A stretch of DNA of 64,000 nucleotides from an uncultured Eubacteriales bacterium. GTDB taxonomy: Bacteria; Bacillota; Clostridia; Oscillospirales; Acutalibacteraceae. This document shows positions 39,663 through 49,250 of the stretch, piece by piece. Position numbers and translations under genes: made by a program. The stretch's first letter is position 1, and every line of letters begins with the position of its first letter. Under the pieces are notes generated by a model. It did no database searches and was not told the DNA's origin. It saw only the letters and a list, made by a program, of their open reading frames with translations. The stretch lies in assembly GCA_934464585.1 (NCBI GenBank), contig CAKSJY010000004.1, forward strand, positions 8,092-72,091, in the 5' to 3' direction.

Positions 39663-40142
39663 TTATTTTACACGGTTCAAACGTCTTATTTCTCGAACAT
39701 TTCTTTGTGATATTGTATATAATACTGATATTTTCTCTTTCATATCGGCTACATCATCACTAATCTGATCCATCTTTCTAGTGTTGCTCATGTGCCCATC
39801 TGCTAATACATTAACTTGCCTATTTATATCATTTTCTAAAACTATCTCAACACGTATAATCCTATTATTAAGAACCCTAACATCTTCTCTCAATTCTGAC
39901 ATATCATATTTCATGCATATAACATCATCTTTTGATCTCTCAACATCTTCTCTTAAGATCATTATATCCTCTTTCAAACCTGAAACGTCCTCTTTTAGGA
40001 CCGTTACATCTTCTTTTAAAACCGATACATTTCCCTTTAATTCAGATATATAAGCCTTCATTTCATTTATTTCTTTATGTATATGCTCTAGCTTTTGATC
40101 CATTAAATTGCCTATAGCACTTAGAAGTTGCTCATCAACCAT
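39663..40142 (-). CDS. coiled-coil protein with about 9 consecutive [VIL]L[KR]EDV heptads
   Basis: The repeat run reads ELKGNVS VLKEDVT VLKEDVS GLKEDIM ILREDVE RSKDDVI CMKYDMS ELREDVR VLNNRII. No known family was recognised. Confidence 0.5.
   Translation of the reverse strand: MVDEQLLSAIGNLMDQKLEHIHKEINEMKAYISELKGNVSVLKEDVTVLKEDVSGLKEDIMILREDVERSKDDVICMKYDMSELREDVRVLNNRIIRVEIVLENDINRQVNVLADGHMSNTRKMDQISDDVADMKEKISVLYTISQRNVREIRRLNRVK
39858..40046 (-). repeat. imperfect 21-nt coding tandem repeat (heptad array)
   Basis: This is the DNA that encodes the heptads listed for 39663..40142. Confidence 0.6.
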
Positions 40143-40389
40143 TTTATTACCCCTAAAATTAGAATTATTTTTCTATATTTTATTATTATATAGTATAGAA
40201 AGAATGATTACAAGCAAAAAAACACTTTCAAAACATAAAATTTAGTACTATAAATCCAGACAAAAACGTTACATTTATATAAAAATAAACATATATAAGA
40301 ACTACCTTTTAATACAAAAATTATTTGCAAAATATTCTTATGATGATACAATAAACATATAATAAAAACATCAAGGTGAGAATAAAAAC

Positions 40390-41592
40390 ATGAATAAATT
40401 TTTAAAAAGAACTTGGGCTGAAATAGACTTAGATGCTATCGAGTATAATTTCAGACAAATAAAAAGTAATATAAAAGCTGACTGCAAAATAATGTGTGTA
40501 ATAAAGGCAGATGCCTATGGACACGGTGCAGAATTTTTAGCAAACGAATATCAAGCCCTAGGTGCAGATTGGTTTGCCGTTTCCAATTTAGAAGAAGCAC
40601 TTCAACTTAGAGAAAGTGGTATATCAAAACCTATATTAATTTTAGGATATACCCCCGTCTCTGAAGTTAATACCTTAATAGACTTAAATATCTCCCAAGC
40701 GATCTTATCACTTGACTATGCAAAGAAGCTTTCGGAAAATGCACATAGCATTGGAAAAATCCTAAATGTACATATTAAGCTCGATACCGGCATGAGCAGG
40801 ATAGGACTTAGCTGCCAAAACCAAAAATCCTGCGATGATTCTATTGAAGATATAAAAAATATATCATGCATGAATGGATTACACATTCAGGGTATGTTTA
40901 CACACTTTGCCGTCGCTGATGAGGGAGATTCCGGTAAAGAATACACATTAAAACAATATAACAATTTTTCATATGTAAGAGAACAACTAAAAAATCTCGG
41001 TATAGACATTGGCATTTGCCATTGCAGTAATAGTGCAGGCATAATCGATTACCCGGAAATGAACTTTGATATGGTCAGGGCCGGAATAATATTATACGGA
41101 CTTTATCCATCAGACAGTCTCCACAAAAAAATCGACTTAAAACCTGCCATGTCACTTAAAAGTGTTATCTCTCAACTTAAAACAGTTGAAGAAGATACCC
41201 GTATAAGTTACGGCGGCACATTTATCACGGACAAAAAAACAAAAATTGCAACTGTCCCAATAGGTTATGCCGACGGATATTTGCGTGAATTTTCTAATCG
41301 TGCAAAAATGATTGTTTCATCAAAAAAGGTACCTGTTATCGGCAGAGTATGTATGGACCAATTAATGTTGGATGTAAGCTCTATAGAAGATGTACACGAA
41401 GGTGATATTGTTACAGTCTTCGGCAAATGTGGCGACACAGAAATAAGTGTTGAAGATTTAGCAAGCCTTGCAAATACAATAAATTATGAAATAGTTTGTA
41501 TGGTAAGCAAACGTGTACCTAGACTATACTATAAAAATGGAAAATGCATTGGACAGTTAGATTACATATGCAACTATTTACATAATAAATAA
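40390..41592 (+). CDS. alr: alanine racemase
   Basis: RTWAEIDLDAI and the PLP-lysine motif VIKADAYGHG are present. C-terminal beta domain. Confidence 0.9.
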   Translation: MNKFLKRTWAEIDLDAIEYNFRQIKSNIKADCKIMCVIKADAYGHGAEFLANEYQALGADWFAVSNLEEALQLRESGISKPILILGYTPVSEVNTLIDLNISQAILSLDYAKKLSENAHSIGKILNVHIKLDTGMSRIGLSCQNQKSCDDSIEDIKNISCMNGLHIQGMFTHFAVADEGDSGKEYTLKQYNNFSYVREQLKNLGIDIGICHCSNSAGIIDYPEMNFDMVRAGIILYGLYPSDSLHKKIDLKPAMSLKSVISQLKTVEEDTRISYGGTFITDKKTKIATVPIGYADGYLREFSNRAKMIVSSKKVPVIGRVCMDQLMLDVSSIEDVHEGDIVTVFGKCGDTEISVEDLASLANTINYEIVCMVSKRVPRLYYKNGKCIGQLDYICNYLHNK

Positions 41593-41810
41593 CCATTATT
41601 CTTACGAATTTATTTTTTAATTATGTCAAAATTCCATATTTTTTACGCGATATCTTTGCTTGCAAAATGGACGATCAAAATTTAAATACATTATCCTCGA
41701 TAAACCTATAGAATTATAAATATAGATTTAGTATAATATGAATATACAAGGAAAATACTAATTCAATATTAAATCACCTTACTTTTATTATTTTTAGGAG
41801 GCAGATTATT

Positions 41811-44504
41811 ATGAACCATAAGTATGTATATCTTTTTTCTGAGGGCAATGGAGACATGAGAGAACTCCTTGGTGGCAAGGGTGCCAATCTTGCGGAAATG
41901 ACACTATTAGGTATGCCAGTCCCGCAAGGATTTACTGTATCTACAGAGGCCTGCACCCAATATTATAAAGATGGCAAAAAGATTTCTGATGAAATCAAAG
42001 TCCAGATTTATGACAATTTAAAAAGGATAGAGGCAATAGAAAACAAGAAATTTGGCGATCCTAAAAATCCATTACTTATATCTGTACGTTCGGGTGCAAG
42101 AGCATCTATGCCTGGTATGATGGACACAATCCTAAATCTAGGCTTAAACGACCAAGTTGTTGAAGGACTTGCAGAAATAACAAATAATAAACGTTTTGCA
42201 TATGATTCATACCGTCGATTTATTCAAATGTTTTCTGATGTTGTTATGGAACTACCAAAGTCAGAGTTTGAAAAAATTATTGATGAAGTAAAAGCCAAAA
42301 AAGGTATTAAGCTCGATACAGAACTTGACATAGACGATTTAAAAGATCTTATCGCAAGATTTAAAGACTTTTATAGACAAACTAAAGGTGAAGATTTTCC
42401 ATCAGATCCTTATGAGCAACTTATCAAAGCTGTAAGCGCTGTATTCCGTTCATGGGATAATCCTCGTGCCAACGTATATCGTAGAATGAATGAAATTCCA
42501 TACAGTTGGGGAACTGCTGTTAATATTCAAGCAATGGTATTTGGTAATTTCGGAAAGAATTCCGGTACAGGTGTTGCATTTACAAGAAACCCAGCTACAG
42601 GTGAAAAAAGATTATTTGGTGAGTACTTAATTAATGCACAGGGCGAAGATGTTGTTGCAGGTATTAGAACACCATCCCCAATTGATCACTTAAAAGAGGC
42701 AATGCCTAATATATACAATGAATTTTCAAATATAGCTCAAAGGCTAGAGGAACATTATGCTGATATGCAGGATATGGAATTTACAATTGAAAATGGTAAA
42801 TTGTATATGCTTCAAACCAGAAACGGAAAAAGGACTGCATCTGCTGCATTAAAAATAGCTGTTGATCTAGTAAATGAGGGTAAAATTACTAAAGAAGAGG
42901 CAATATTAAGAGTAGATCCAAAACAACTCGATTCCCTTTTACATCCTGGATTTGACATAGAATCTCTTAAAAATTCAGAACCGATTGGAAAAGGTCTTGC
43001 TGCATCTCCGGGAGCTGCTTGTGGAAAAGTAGTTTTCTCTGCAGAAGATGCCAAAAAGTGGGCAGACAATGGCGAAAAAGTTATACTAGCTCGTCTTGAA
43101 ACATCACCAGAAGATATCGAAGGTATGAATGCTGCCGAAGGTATCCTTACTGTTAGAGGTGGAATGACATCTCATGCTGCAGTTGTCGCAAGAGGTATGG
43201 GTACTTGTTGCGTTTCAGGTTGTGGTGATATAGTCATAAATGAAGAAGAAAAGAGCTTTACCCTTTCTGGAAAGACCATACACGAGGGTGACTACATCTC
43301 CCTAGATGGTTCCACAGGATTTATTTATGGTGAAAAAGTTAAAACCGCTGAACCTACAATTGCCAATGATTTCCAAACCCTCATGGATTGGGCTGACAGC
43401 GTAAGAACTCTAAAAGTAAGAGCTAATGCAGATACCCCAAAAGATACGCTACAAGCTGTCAACTTTGGTGCAGAAGGTATCGGTCTTTGCCGTACAGAGC
43501 ATATGTTCTTCCATGAAGACAGAATCAAGGCTATTCGTGAAATGATAGTTTCCGATAGCGCTGAACTAAGAAAAAAAGCTCTTGCAAAAATCCTTCCATA
43601 TCAACAAAAAGATTTCGAAGAGATGTATAGAGTACTTGAAAGTAAACCTATGACAATCAGATTTTTAGATCCACCTCTACATGAGTTCTTACCAACCAAA
43701 TCTGAAGATATCTCAGAACTTGCAAAAGAATTAGGTATTACCGACGAACATTTAAGAAATGTAATTAATAATCTACACGAATTCAACCCAATGATGGGGC
43801 ACCGTGGATGCAGACTTGATGTTTCATATCCGGAAATTGCAGAAATGCAAACCACTGCTGTTATAAGTGCTGCTATAGCTGTTATGAAAGAACATCCTGA
43901 ATACAATATCGTCCCTGAAATAATGATTCCACTAGTTGGTGAAGTAAAAGAATTCAGATTTGTGAAAAATATCGTAAAAAATACAGCTGACAACATTATC
44001 AAAAACTCCGGAATAGATCTACAATATAAAATTGGTACCATGATCGAAGTTCCAAGAGCTGCTATTACTGCAGATGAAATTGCAAAAGAAGCTGATTTCT
44101 TTAGTTTCGGTACAAACGATCTTACTCAAATGATGTTCGGCTTTAGTCGCGATGACGCTGCAAAATTCTTAGATGCATATTACGAGAACAAAATATATGA
44201 ATCAGATCCATTTGAAAGACTAGACCAAAATGGTGTTGGAAAATTGATGCGTGTAGCTGTTAAGCTAGGTATGTCTACAAATCCAGATATAAAAATGGGT
44301 ATTTGCGGTGAGCACGGCGGTGACCCATCATCAATTGAGTTCTGTTATAAGGCAGGATTAAACTACGTTTCATGTTCTCCTTTCCGTGTGCCTATCGCAA
44401 GACTTTCAGCGGCTCAAGCGGTTATAAAACGTAAACGACGCAATCATAAACATGTTGAAAACAACAATGTTCAAAATAAATCTTTCGCTTTCTCAAAAGC
44501 GTAA
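41811..44504 (+). CDS. ppdK: pyruvate, phosphate dikinase
   Basis: LLGGKGANLAEM, the phosphohistidine loop GGMTSHAAVVARG and the PEP-utilizer TIM barrel (FFSFGTNDLTQ). A basic tail of about 25 aa follows the usual C-terminus. Confidence 0.95.
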   Translation: MNHKYVYLFSEGNGDMRELLGGKGANLAEMTLLGMPVPQGFTVSTEACTQYYKDGKKISDEIKVQIYDNLKRIEAIENKKFGDPKNPLLISVRSGARASMPGMMDTILNLGLNDQVVEGLAEITNNKRFAYDSYRRFIQMFSDVVMELPKSEFEKIIDEVKAKKGIKLDTELDIDDLKDLIARFKDFYRQTKGEDFPSDPYEQLIKAVSAVFRSWDNPRANVYRRMNEIPYSWGTAVNIQAMVFGNFGKNSGTGVAFTRNPATGEKRLFGEYLINAQGEDVVAGIRTPSPIDHLKEAMPNIYNEFSNIAQRLEEHYADMQDMEFTIENGKLYMLQTRNGKRTASAALKIAVDLVNEGKITKEEAILRVDPKQLDSLLHPGFDIESLKNSEPIGKGLAASPGAACGKVVFSAEDAKKWADNGEKVILARLETSPEDIEGMNAAEGILTVRGGMTSHAAVVARGMGTCCVSGCGDIVINEEEKSFTLSGKTIHEGDYISLDGSTGFIYGEKVKTAEPTIANDFQTLMDWADSVRTLKVRANADTPKDTLQAVNFGAEGIGLCRTEHMFFHEDRIKAIREMIVSDSAELRKKALAKILPYQQKDFEEMYRVLESKPMTIRFLDPPLHEFLPTKSEDISELAKELGITDEHLRNVINNLHEFNPMMGHRGCRLDVSYPEIAEMQTTAVISAAIAVMKEHPEYNIVPEIMIPLVGEVKEFRFVKNIVKNTADNIIKNSGIDLQYKIGTMIEVPRAAITADEIAKEADFFSFGTNDLTQMMFGFSRDDAAKFLDAYYENKIYESDPFERLDQNGVGKLMRVAVKLGMSTNPDIKMGICGEHGGDPSSIEFCYKAGLNYVSCSPFRVPIARLSAAQAVIKRKRRNHKHVENNNVQNKSFAFSKA

Positions 44505-44525
44505 TTAAACTTAAGTTCTTAATCG

Positions 44526-44560
44526 GCGACTCGTCCTTTCTTAGGCGGGTCGCTTTTGTT
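44526..44560 (+). terminator. rho-independent terminator of ppdK
   Basis: Stem GCGACTCG/CGGGTCGC (one G-U pair) followed by TTTTGTT. Confidence 0.75.
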
Positions 44561-44592
44561 ATATATAAAATGATAATTTTTATGATTCCATT

Positions 44593-44635
44593 AAAAAATC
44601 CGACGCTCGATAACACAATATCAAAACGTCGGATT
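44593..44635 (-). terminator. possible terminator closing the phage-like operon
   Basis: 8-bp stem ATCCGACG/CGTCGGAT with a long (21-nt) loop. It is followed on the minus strand by TTTTT. Confidence 0.45.
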
Positions 44636-44675
44636 CAACTAAAGGTTTTATCTAAAATGAAAGTTGTTGGTTAAT

Positions 44676-45152
44676 TTATTTAATCTCTATACAAACATAT
44701 TGTTTTCCTTGCTTATTTAGGTTTAAAAATGGACCTGAAGTAGGTACATCTTGGCTTTGAGATAAAATCAATGTAGTACCAGCAAGTTCCATCCCGCTTG
44801 TTGATCCATTCACCTGGTTACCTATTCCACCATTACATATAACACAGTTATTAGTAAAATCAAAGTCAGTAAATGGTTCTGTTGCTAAAAGCACAATAAC
44901 CATACTCGGTGCAAAGCTTAGTGTATGAGACTTAATAGATTTACCATCTCCTTGGAGTAGTTCAGCTGTAATCTGACTACCGGCTAATATTTGCCTGTCT
45001 GCCTCTGTTAGATGAATATTTGTATTTGTAGTATGCGAGTGTATAATACTGTCTAATATTGTATTATCACTTACAAAGTCTTCTCTTTTCGGCTTGTCAG
45101 TCCCAAGCCAACTATTTAAATTTAGGTTAGCCGTTTTATTTTGTGTAGGCAT
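44676..45152 (-). CDS. short tail-fibre/receptor-binding candidate (158 aa)
   Basis: It is the last gene of the tail module. The N-terminus ANLNLNSWLGTDKPKREDFVSDNTILD resembles conserved fibre N-termini of Firmicute myophages. Confidence 0.4.
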   Translation of the reverse strand: MPTQNKTANLNLNSWLGTDKPKREDFVSDNTILDSIIHSHTTNTNIHLTEADRQILAGSQITAELLQGDGKSIKSHTLSFAPSMVIVLLATEPFTDFDFTNNCVICNGGIGNQVNGSTSGMELAGTTLILSQSQDVPTSGPFLNLNKQGKQYVCIEIK

Positions 45153-45166
45153 CTTATTTTCCCCCT

Positions 45167-45727
45167 TTAAGTATCTATCTTATTCCAAGTTAAATCTTCA
45201 GCATCCATTTGGTTAAATGTATAGTCATTTTCATCTATCCTATCCCAGCTTAGATCCCTAAAATCAAAGTCACATCTTAAATGTGCCGGTAAAAATTGCT
45301 TTGCTTCATTAATTGCACTTTGTCTTTCTTCGGCACTCGAAAATGTGTCATTGCAGTTGAAATCAAACTTGGTACCGCCCCTATTTTCTATTATGTATCC
45401 CTCTATACCACAGGACTTCGCTGCTTCCTCAATTTTAACTTTTGTATAATCGTTTGATGTGATTTTATTTCTATATAAAAGCCTCTCCTGCCGTTCTGAG
45501 TTACCCAAATCACTTTTTAAATATCCAAAAAGTTTTTCTCTCAAATCCAATCCGAAAGACTGTGAAGTTGAAATAAAGCACTCTCTTTCAAGTTCATTAA
45601 ACCTTTCGTTTAAAAGCTCAAATCCTACCGCATATGCCGAAAGTTCAGCATTTACAATGCTTTCTGGCGATAGATTGTACAAACCAAGAGGTTTTAACTT
45701 TGATTTTAATAATGTCAATACACTCAA
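45167..45727 (-). CDS. baseplate/tail protein, XkdU (DUF2313, gpI)-like
   Basis: It follows Baseplate J. LGLYNLSPESIVNAELSAYAVGFELLNERFNELERECFISTSQSFGL fits the DUF2313 pattern. Confidence 0.7.
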   Translation of the reverse strand: MSVLTLLKSKLKPLGLYNLSPESIVNAELSAYAVGFELLNERFNELERECFISTSQSFGLDLREKLFGYLKSDLGNSERQERLLYRNKITSNDYTKVKIEEAAKSCGIEGYIIENRGGTKFDFNCNDTFSSAEERQSAINEAKQFLPAHLRCDFDFRDLSWDRIDENDYTFNQMDAEDLTWNKIDT

Positions 45728-45729
45728 GC

Positions 45730-46800
45730 TTAACTTCCTCCTTCAGTTATCGTGACTGTTTCCATGCAAACAAGCTCATTAGCACTTGTAGTGTAATCTG
45801 AGGAATTGCCTGAACCGAATCTATAATTTTTAACGCCTTCTATATTGAATATAGCATTCCCTAAACCAGCTAAAAGATATGGCTCCCCAATTTTAAGAGA
45901 TGAAAAGTACTCACCTATAACTGCCTCACATTCGTCCTTTATATCACTGAATATATAACCCTCTTGCGGATATATAATTATATCAACACTTCTTTTTACT
46001 TCTTTTGGTTTTTTTACGGTAACATCAACATTGATTTCCCTAAGAGCATTAATATCATCTTGTATACTTTTCATATCGTTATCACTTAAAGCGCCACCCC
46101 TTTCGGCAACATAAACGTATACTGTACCATCACCGCCGGCTCTTGAAACAGCGCTTGCAGAATATACATTGTCATATTGCAAAGCACATTCTTTATAGAA
46201 AGCCGCATTGGTTCCATTTGGAATATTTCTATAACTCTCTATTAATCTCTTTCTTAAATCACTGTCTGATTCACTATCGGTTCCGCCTGAAAATGCTAAG
46301 GCGTTACTAACCGCTGTAATTGCAGCGGGTGGAGTAACCATAATGGTTATTGTCTCTGCCAACGTATTTGAAGCTGTACCCGGCAGTTCGGCCTCTGCAT
46401 TGGCCTGTACTGAAAGTGAGCCTGCAGGTAAAACTACTGTTTCGGTAGTCTTATATCTAAATCCATCTGACCCCGAAGTTGCACATACTGTTCCTTCAGG
46501 AATTGTAACATCATATAAAATTGATCTTTGTCTGGAAAAAGTAAGCTTTCCTCTTGCCTTTGTTGCAGGTTTTCGAGTTAAACCTCGTTGCTCGGCGTGT
46601 AAATCCAATTGTGTACCTGTAGCTGTTTGAGGAAACATTTGATTTTTTAACCAATCCATACTTGCCATTGTTGAAAAAATTTCGCCTGCTAACACTTTTA
46701 ACCTTATTCCTATATCCGACGCTTCATCTGCGTCAAACCCAGCCAAATTTTTAAACTCATTTTGCATACTCTCCAGTATTTCAGAATATGTACTGCTCAT
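45730..46800 (-). CDS. baseplate J-like protein (XkdT-like)
   Basis: The Baseplate_J signature region is DIGIRLKVLAGEIFSTMASMDWLKNQMFPQTATGTQLDLHAEQRGLTRKPATKARG. Confidence 0.85.
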   Translation of the reverse strand: MSSTYSEILESMQNEFKNLAGFDADEASDIGIRLKVLAGEIFSTMASMDWLKNQMFPQTATGTQLDLHAEQRGLTRKPATKARGKLTFSRQRSILYDVTIPEGTVCATSGSDGFRYKTTETVVLPAGSLSVQANAEAELPGTASNTLAETITIMVTPPAAITAVSNALAFSGGTDSESDSDLRKRLIESYRNIPNGTNAAFYKECALQYDNVYSASAVSRAGGDGTVYVYVAERGGALSDNDMKSIQDDINALREINVDVTVKKPKEVKRSVDIIIYPQEGYIFSDIKDECEAVIGEYFSSLKIGEPYLLAGLGNAIFNIEGVKNYRFGSGNSSDYTTSANELVCMETVTITEGGS

Positions 46801-47144
46801 ACTATAACCTCCAATTCCTCTTTATTCTTATCTATTGAAAGGTTCACGCTAATCCTTAAATTTTCTGCACTATCTGCAAAACTTACATCAACACTATCCA
46901 CTTTTACCTCTTTCATATCTGCAAGAGCTTCATTAACTAAAATAGATGCCGTATTTTTTAGGTTACCTGTGCTACTTTTTAGAGTATATAGCCTACTGCC
47001 CAGATTTTTATCATATATAAAGCTTCCTTTTTTTACCGTAAGACGTATTAACGCACGTTGCAAAATCTCTTTTGCACCTGAAATCAAAAAAGGCTTTCCA
47101 GTAGTACCCAAACAGAAATCGCCGTTTTTTAGTGCTGTATCCAT
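46797..47144 (-). CDS. gp25/W-like baseplate wedge protein (XkdS, DUF2634-like)
   Basis: 115 aa. GAKEILQRALIRLTVKKGSFIYDKNLGSRLY fits the gp25-like pattern. It sits just before Baseplate J. Confidence 0.7.
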   Translation of the reverse strand: MDTALKNGDFCLGTTGKPFLISGAKEILQRALIRLTVKKGSFIYDKNLGSRLYTLKSSTGNLKNTASILVNEALADMKEVKVDSVDVSFADSAENLRISVNLSIDKNKEELEVIV

Positions 47145-47147
47145 ATA

Positions 47148-47492
47148 TTAGTCCTCTCCTTGTTTAAACTCTACACCATTTATCAATACCTTGCCATCAT
47201 TATTTAAAACCAAACTTGCTCCACCATTTGAATAAAGCATAATTTCTCCGGGTTTAAGATTTTTGTCTTCCGCTATAACGCCTGCACAAATGTATTTATC
47301 ACCTACCGGAATTATAACTGTCTTATCCCCATCAAGTGGTGAGTAGGCTATCCCTTTCGGAACTACAAAAGATATATTTCTATATTCACTACTATTTTGA
47401 ACATTTACGGTATTTGAACTTGAATATGTAACCTCACCATCAAGATTTTCATGGCTTATATTTGATACTGCAATCTTTTTGGAAATCCACAT
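47148..47492 (-). CDS. baseplate spike/plug protein (XkdR, DUF2577-like)
   Basis: Call rests on size and position between the hub and gp25-like genes, and on composition that looks beta-rich. Confidence 0.5.
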   Translation of the reverse strand: MWISKKIAVSNISHENLDGEVTYSSSNTVNVQNSSEYRNISFVVPKGIAYSPLDGDKTVIIPVGDKYICAGVIAEDKNLKPGEIMLYSNGGASLVLNNDGKVLINGVEFKQGED

Positions 47493-48433
47493 TAATTTTC
47501 CTCCTTAAACATAACAGCCTCTGTTTTTTCAATATTCGGAGATAAAATATATTTAATCTTTGATATATGCAAATCACTAATATTACCCAAAATCTTGTCC
47601 GAAATATTTACCTGCTGATTAACTTCGAGCGCTTGCAGACTTGGAAGCTCAACTGTAAACTGACAAAATTTTTCTTCACCAGATTTTATAATTTCCTCTC
47701 CGCATGATACCGGAGTCCTGCTGTCATTGGTATAATTCAAGTATCTTTTCCTTTTTATCCCTGTACCTAAAGCATTAGTATTACTTACTTTTATATTATA
47801 AGCAGCATCTTTTCCCGCTCTTACAAAAACCTCGGAAATTCTATTATATCTACATATATTTTCCTTAATCTCGAAATAACATATTCCATCCTTTGAGTTT
47901 TCTATAAATACTTTATCCTTTTCACAATCTTTCCCTGTTGCATCAACAACAAATTCATCTATTACACGAGGGGTTGTATTTAAATATGTTTTACAAAACT
48001 TTTCTAAAACACCCCACTCGCTCATACCCTTTGTGACTGTAAACTCACCTGTAAATACACTTTTATCACCAATTATTTTCTTAAACCCATATGGTTTTAT
48101 ATGTCGATCAAAAATAATCTCAAGTGAAGGCGAATAATACACCTGTGGCATAGCTTCATTATCTAAAAGCCACGCAGCATAACTTCTTGCATAAATTTCT
48201 AAAAAGCAACCATCAGCATTTATTTTTGTTATCTGTTCGTCAACAATGCCGGAAAAAATACTTTCATCGCTAATAAATACTTCTACACTCTTAAACTCCG
48301 GTACTTTTTCTAAAATGGGGAAGGTAGCACTTAGGTTGTCTGCCGGTGTATCAATTTCCTTTGTTATATTTACTAAATACGGGTTTTCAAATATAACTTC
48401 TCTATCATCTATAGTTTTAAACTTAAATTTCAC
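47492..48433 (-). CDS. baseplate hub protein (XkdQ / gpD-like)
   Basis: 313 aa, placed directly after the LysM protein as in PBSX. Confidence 0.55.
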   Translation of the reverse strand: MKFKFKTIDDREVIFENPYLVNITKEIDTPADNLSATFPILEKVPEFKSVEVFISDESIFSGIVDEQITKINADGCFLEIYARSYAAWLLDNEAMPQVYYSPSLEIIFDRHIKPYGFKKIIGDKSVFTGEFTVTKGMSEWGVLEKFCKTYLNTTPRVIDEFVVDATGKDCEKDKVFIENSKDGICYFEIKENICRYNRISEVFVRAGKDAAYNIKVSNTNALGTGIKRKRYLNYTNDSRTPVSCGEEIIKSGEEKFCQFTVELPSLQALEVNQQVNISDKILGNISDLHISKIKYILSPNIEKTEAVMFKEEN

Positions 48434-48957
48434 CTAAGCACCACCCTCTGCCCCTCTTCAAGTGAATCGGGTCTTTTAATTTCCGGATTAATTTTCATAA
48501 GGTCTGAAACTGTTGTGTTATATTTATAGGCTATGTTCCAAAGGTTTTCTCCCTTACTTGCCGTATAATAGCTTTCACTCAAACTTGTAACTTCTATACC
48601 AGATTTTTCTATACTTTCCCAAAACTCAAAGCTGTAGCTTAATGAATCCTCTGCCTTATTCCCTAACATTTTCAATGATTTGAAACTTGCTAAAAACGGC
48701 TCCTCACCGGGTAGTTTTAGATATCCTGTTTCATCGCTTAAATAAACCTCTCTAAGCTTATTAAACTTTTCTAAAAAATTTTCTCCAAAAAATTCTCCGG
48801 ATCCTTTTACAACTCTTTTAGCTCTTCCAAAATTTTGCAAAACATTTTTATAATAAGGACACTTAATATCTTTTATATTTTTTTCTTCATCAACCGATAT
48901 TTGACTTGGATTGTACTCCCAAACATAATCTTTATAACTCATTTTTTCTAAACTCAT
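48430..48957 (-). CDS. LysM-domain tail protein (XkdP-like)
   Basis: C-terminal LysM motif YTASKGENLWNIAYKYNTTVSDLMKINPEIKRPDSLEEGQRVVL. Confidence 0.8.
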   Translation of the reverse strand: MSLEKMSYKDYVWEYNPSQISVDEEKNIKDIKCPYYKNVLQNFGRAKRVVKGSGEFFGENFLEKFNKLREVYLSDETGYLKLPGEEPFLASFKSLKMLGNKAEDSLSYSFEFWESIEKSGIEVTSLSESYYTASKGENLWNIAYKYNTTVSDLMKINPEIKRPDSLEEGQRVVLR

Positions 48958-49250
48958 ATTTTAGTTCCCCCCAAGTCTGCTTCAAACATACATGGATATC
49001 TTCTGAAATCCCTTTCAAATATATCCGATACAATCTGCGCATCAAACAATTCATCTTTAGAAATTTGTGGCGTATCATCTTCCGATAACGGTTGTCTAAC
49101 ATCTTCCGACACATCTATTTCTATATTTTTTGTTTCTAATTTATTTAATTTTAAAGTTGGCAGCCATAAGCTTTCTTTTGATCTATTTTTTAAAGCGGCC
49201 TGTCTATTCTTTTTAAATATATCGTTAAATATCATCAACTGAATCACCAC
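48954..49250 (-). CDS. 98-aa ORF occupying the tape-measure-protein position
   Basis: It lies between the chaperone pair and the LysM gene, where xkdO-type tape-measure genes (usually many hundreds of codons) sit. It overlaps the LysM start by 4 nt and the upstream ORF by 26 nt. Confidence 0.5.
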   Translation of the reverse strand: MVIQLMIFNDIFKKNRQAALKNRSKESLWLPTLKLNKLETKNIEIDVSEDVRQPLSEDDTPQISKDELFDAQIVSDIFERDFRRYPCMFEADLGGTKI

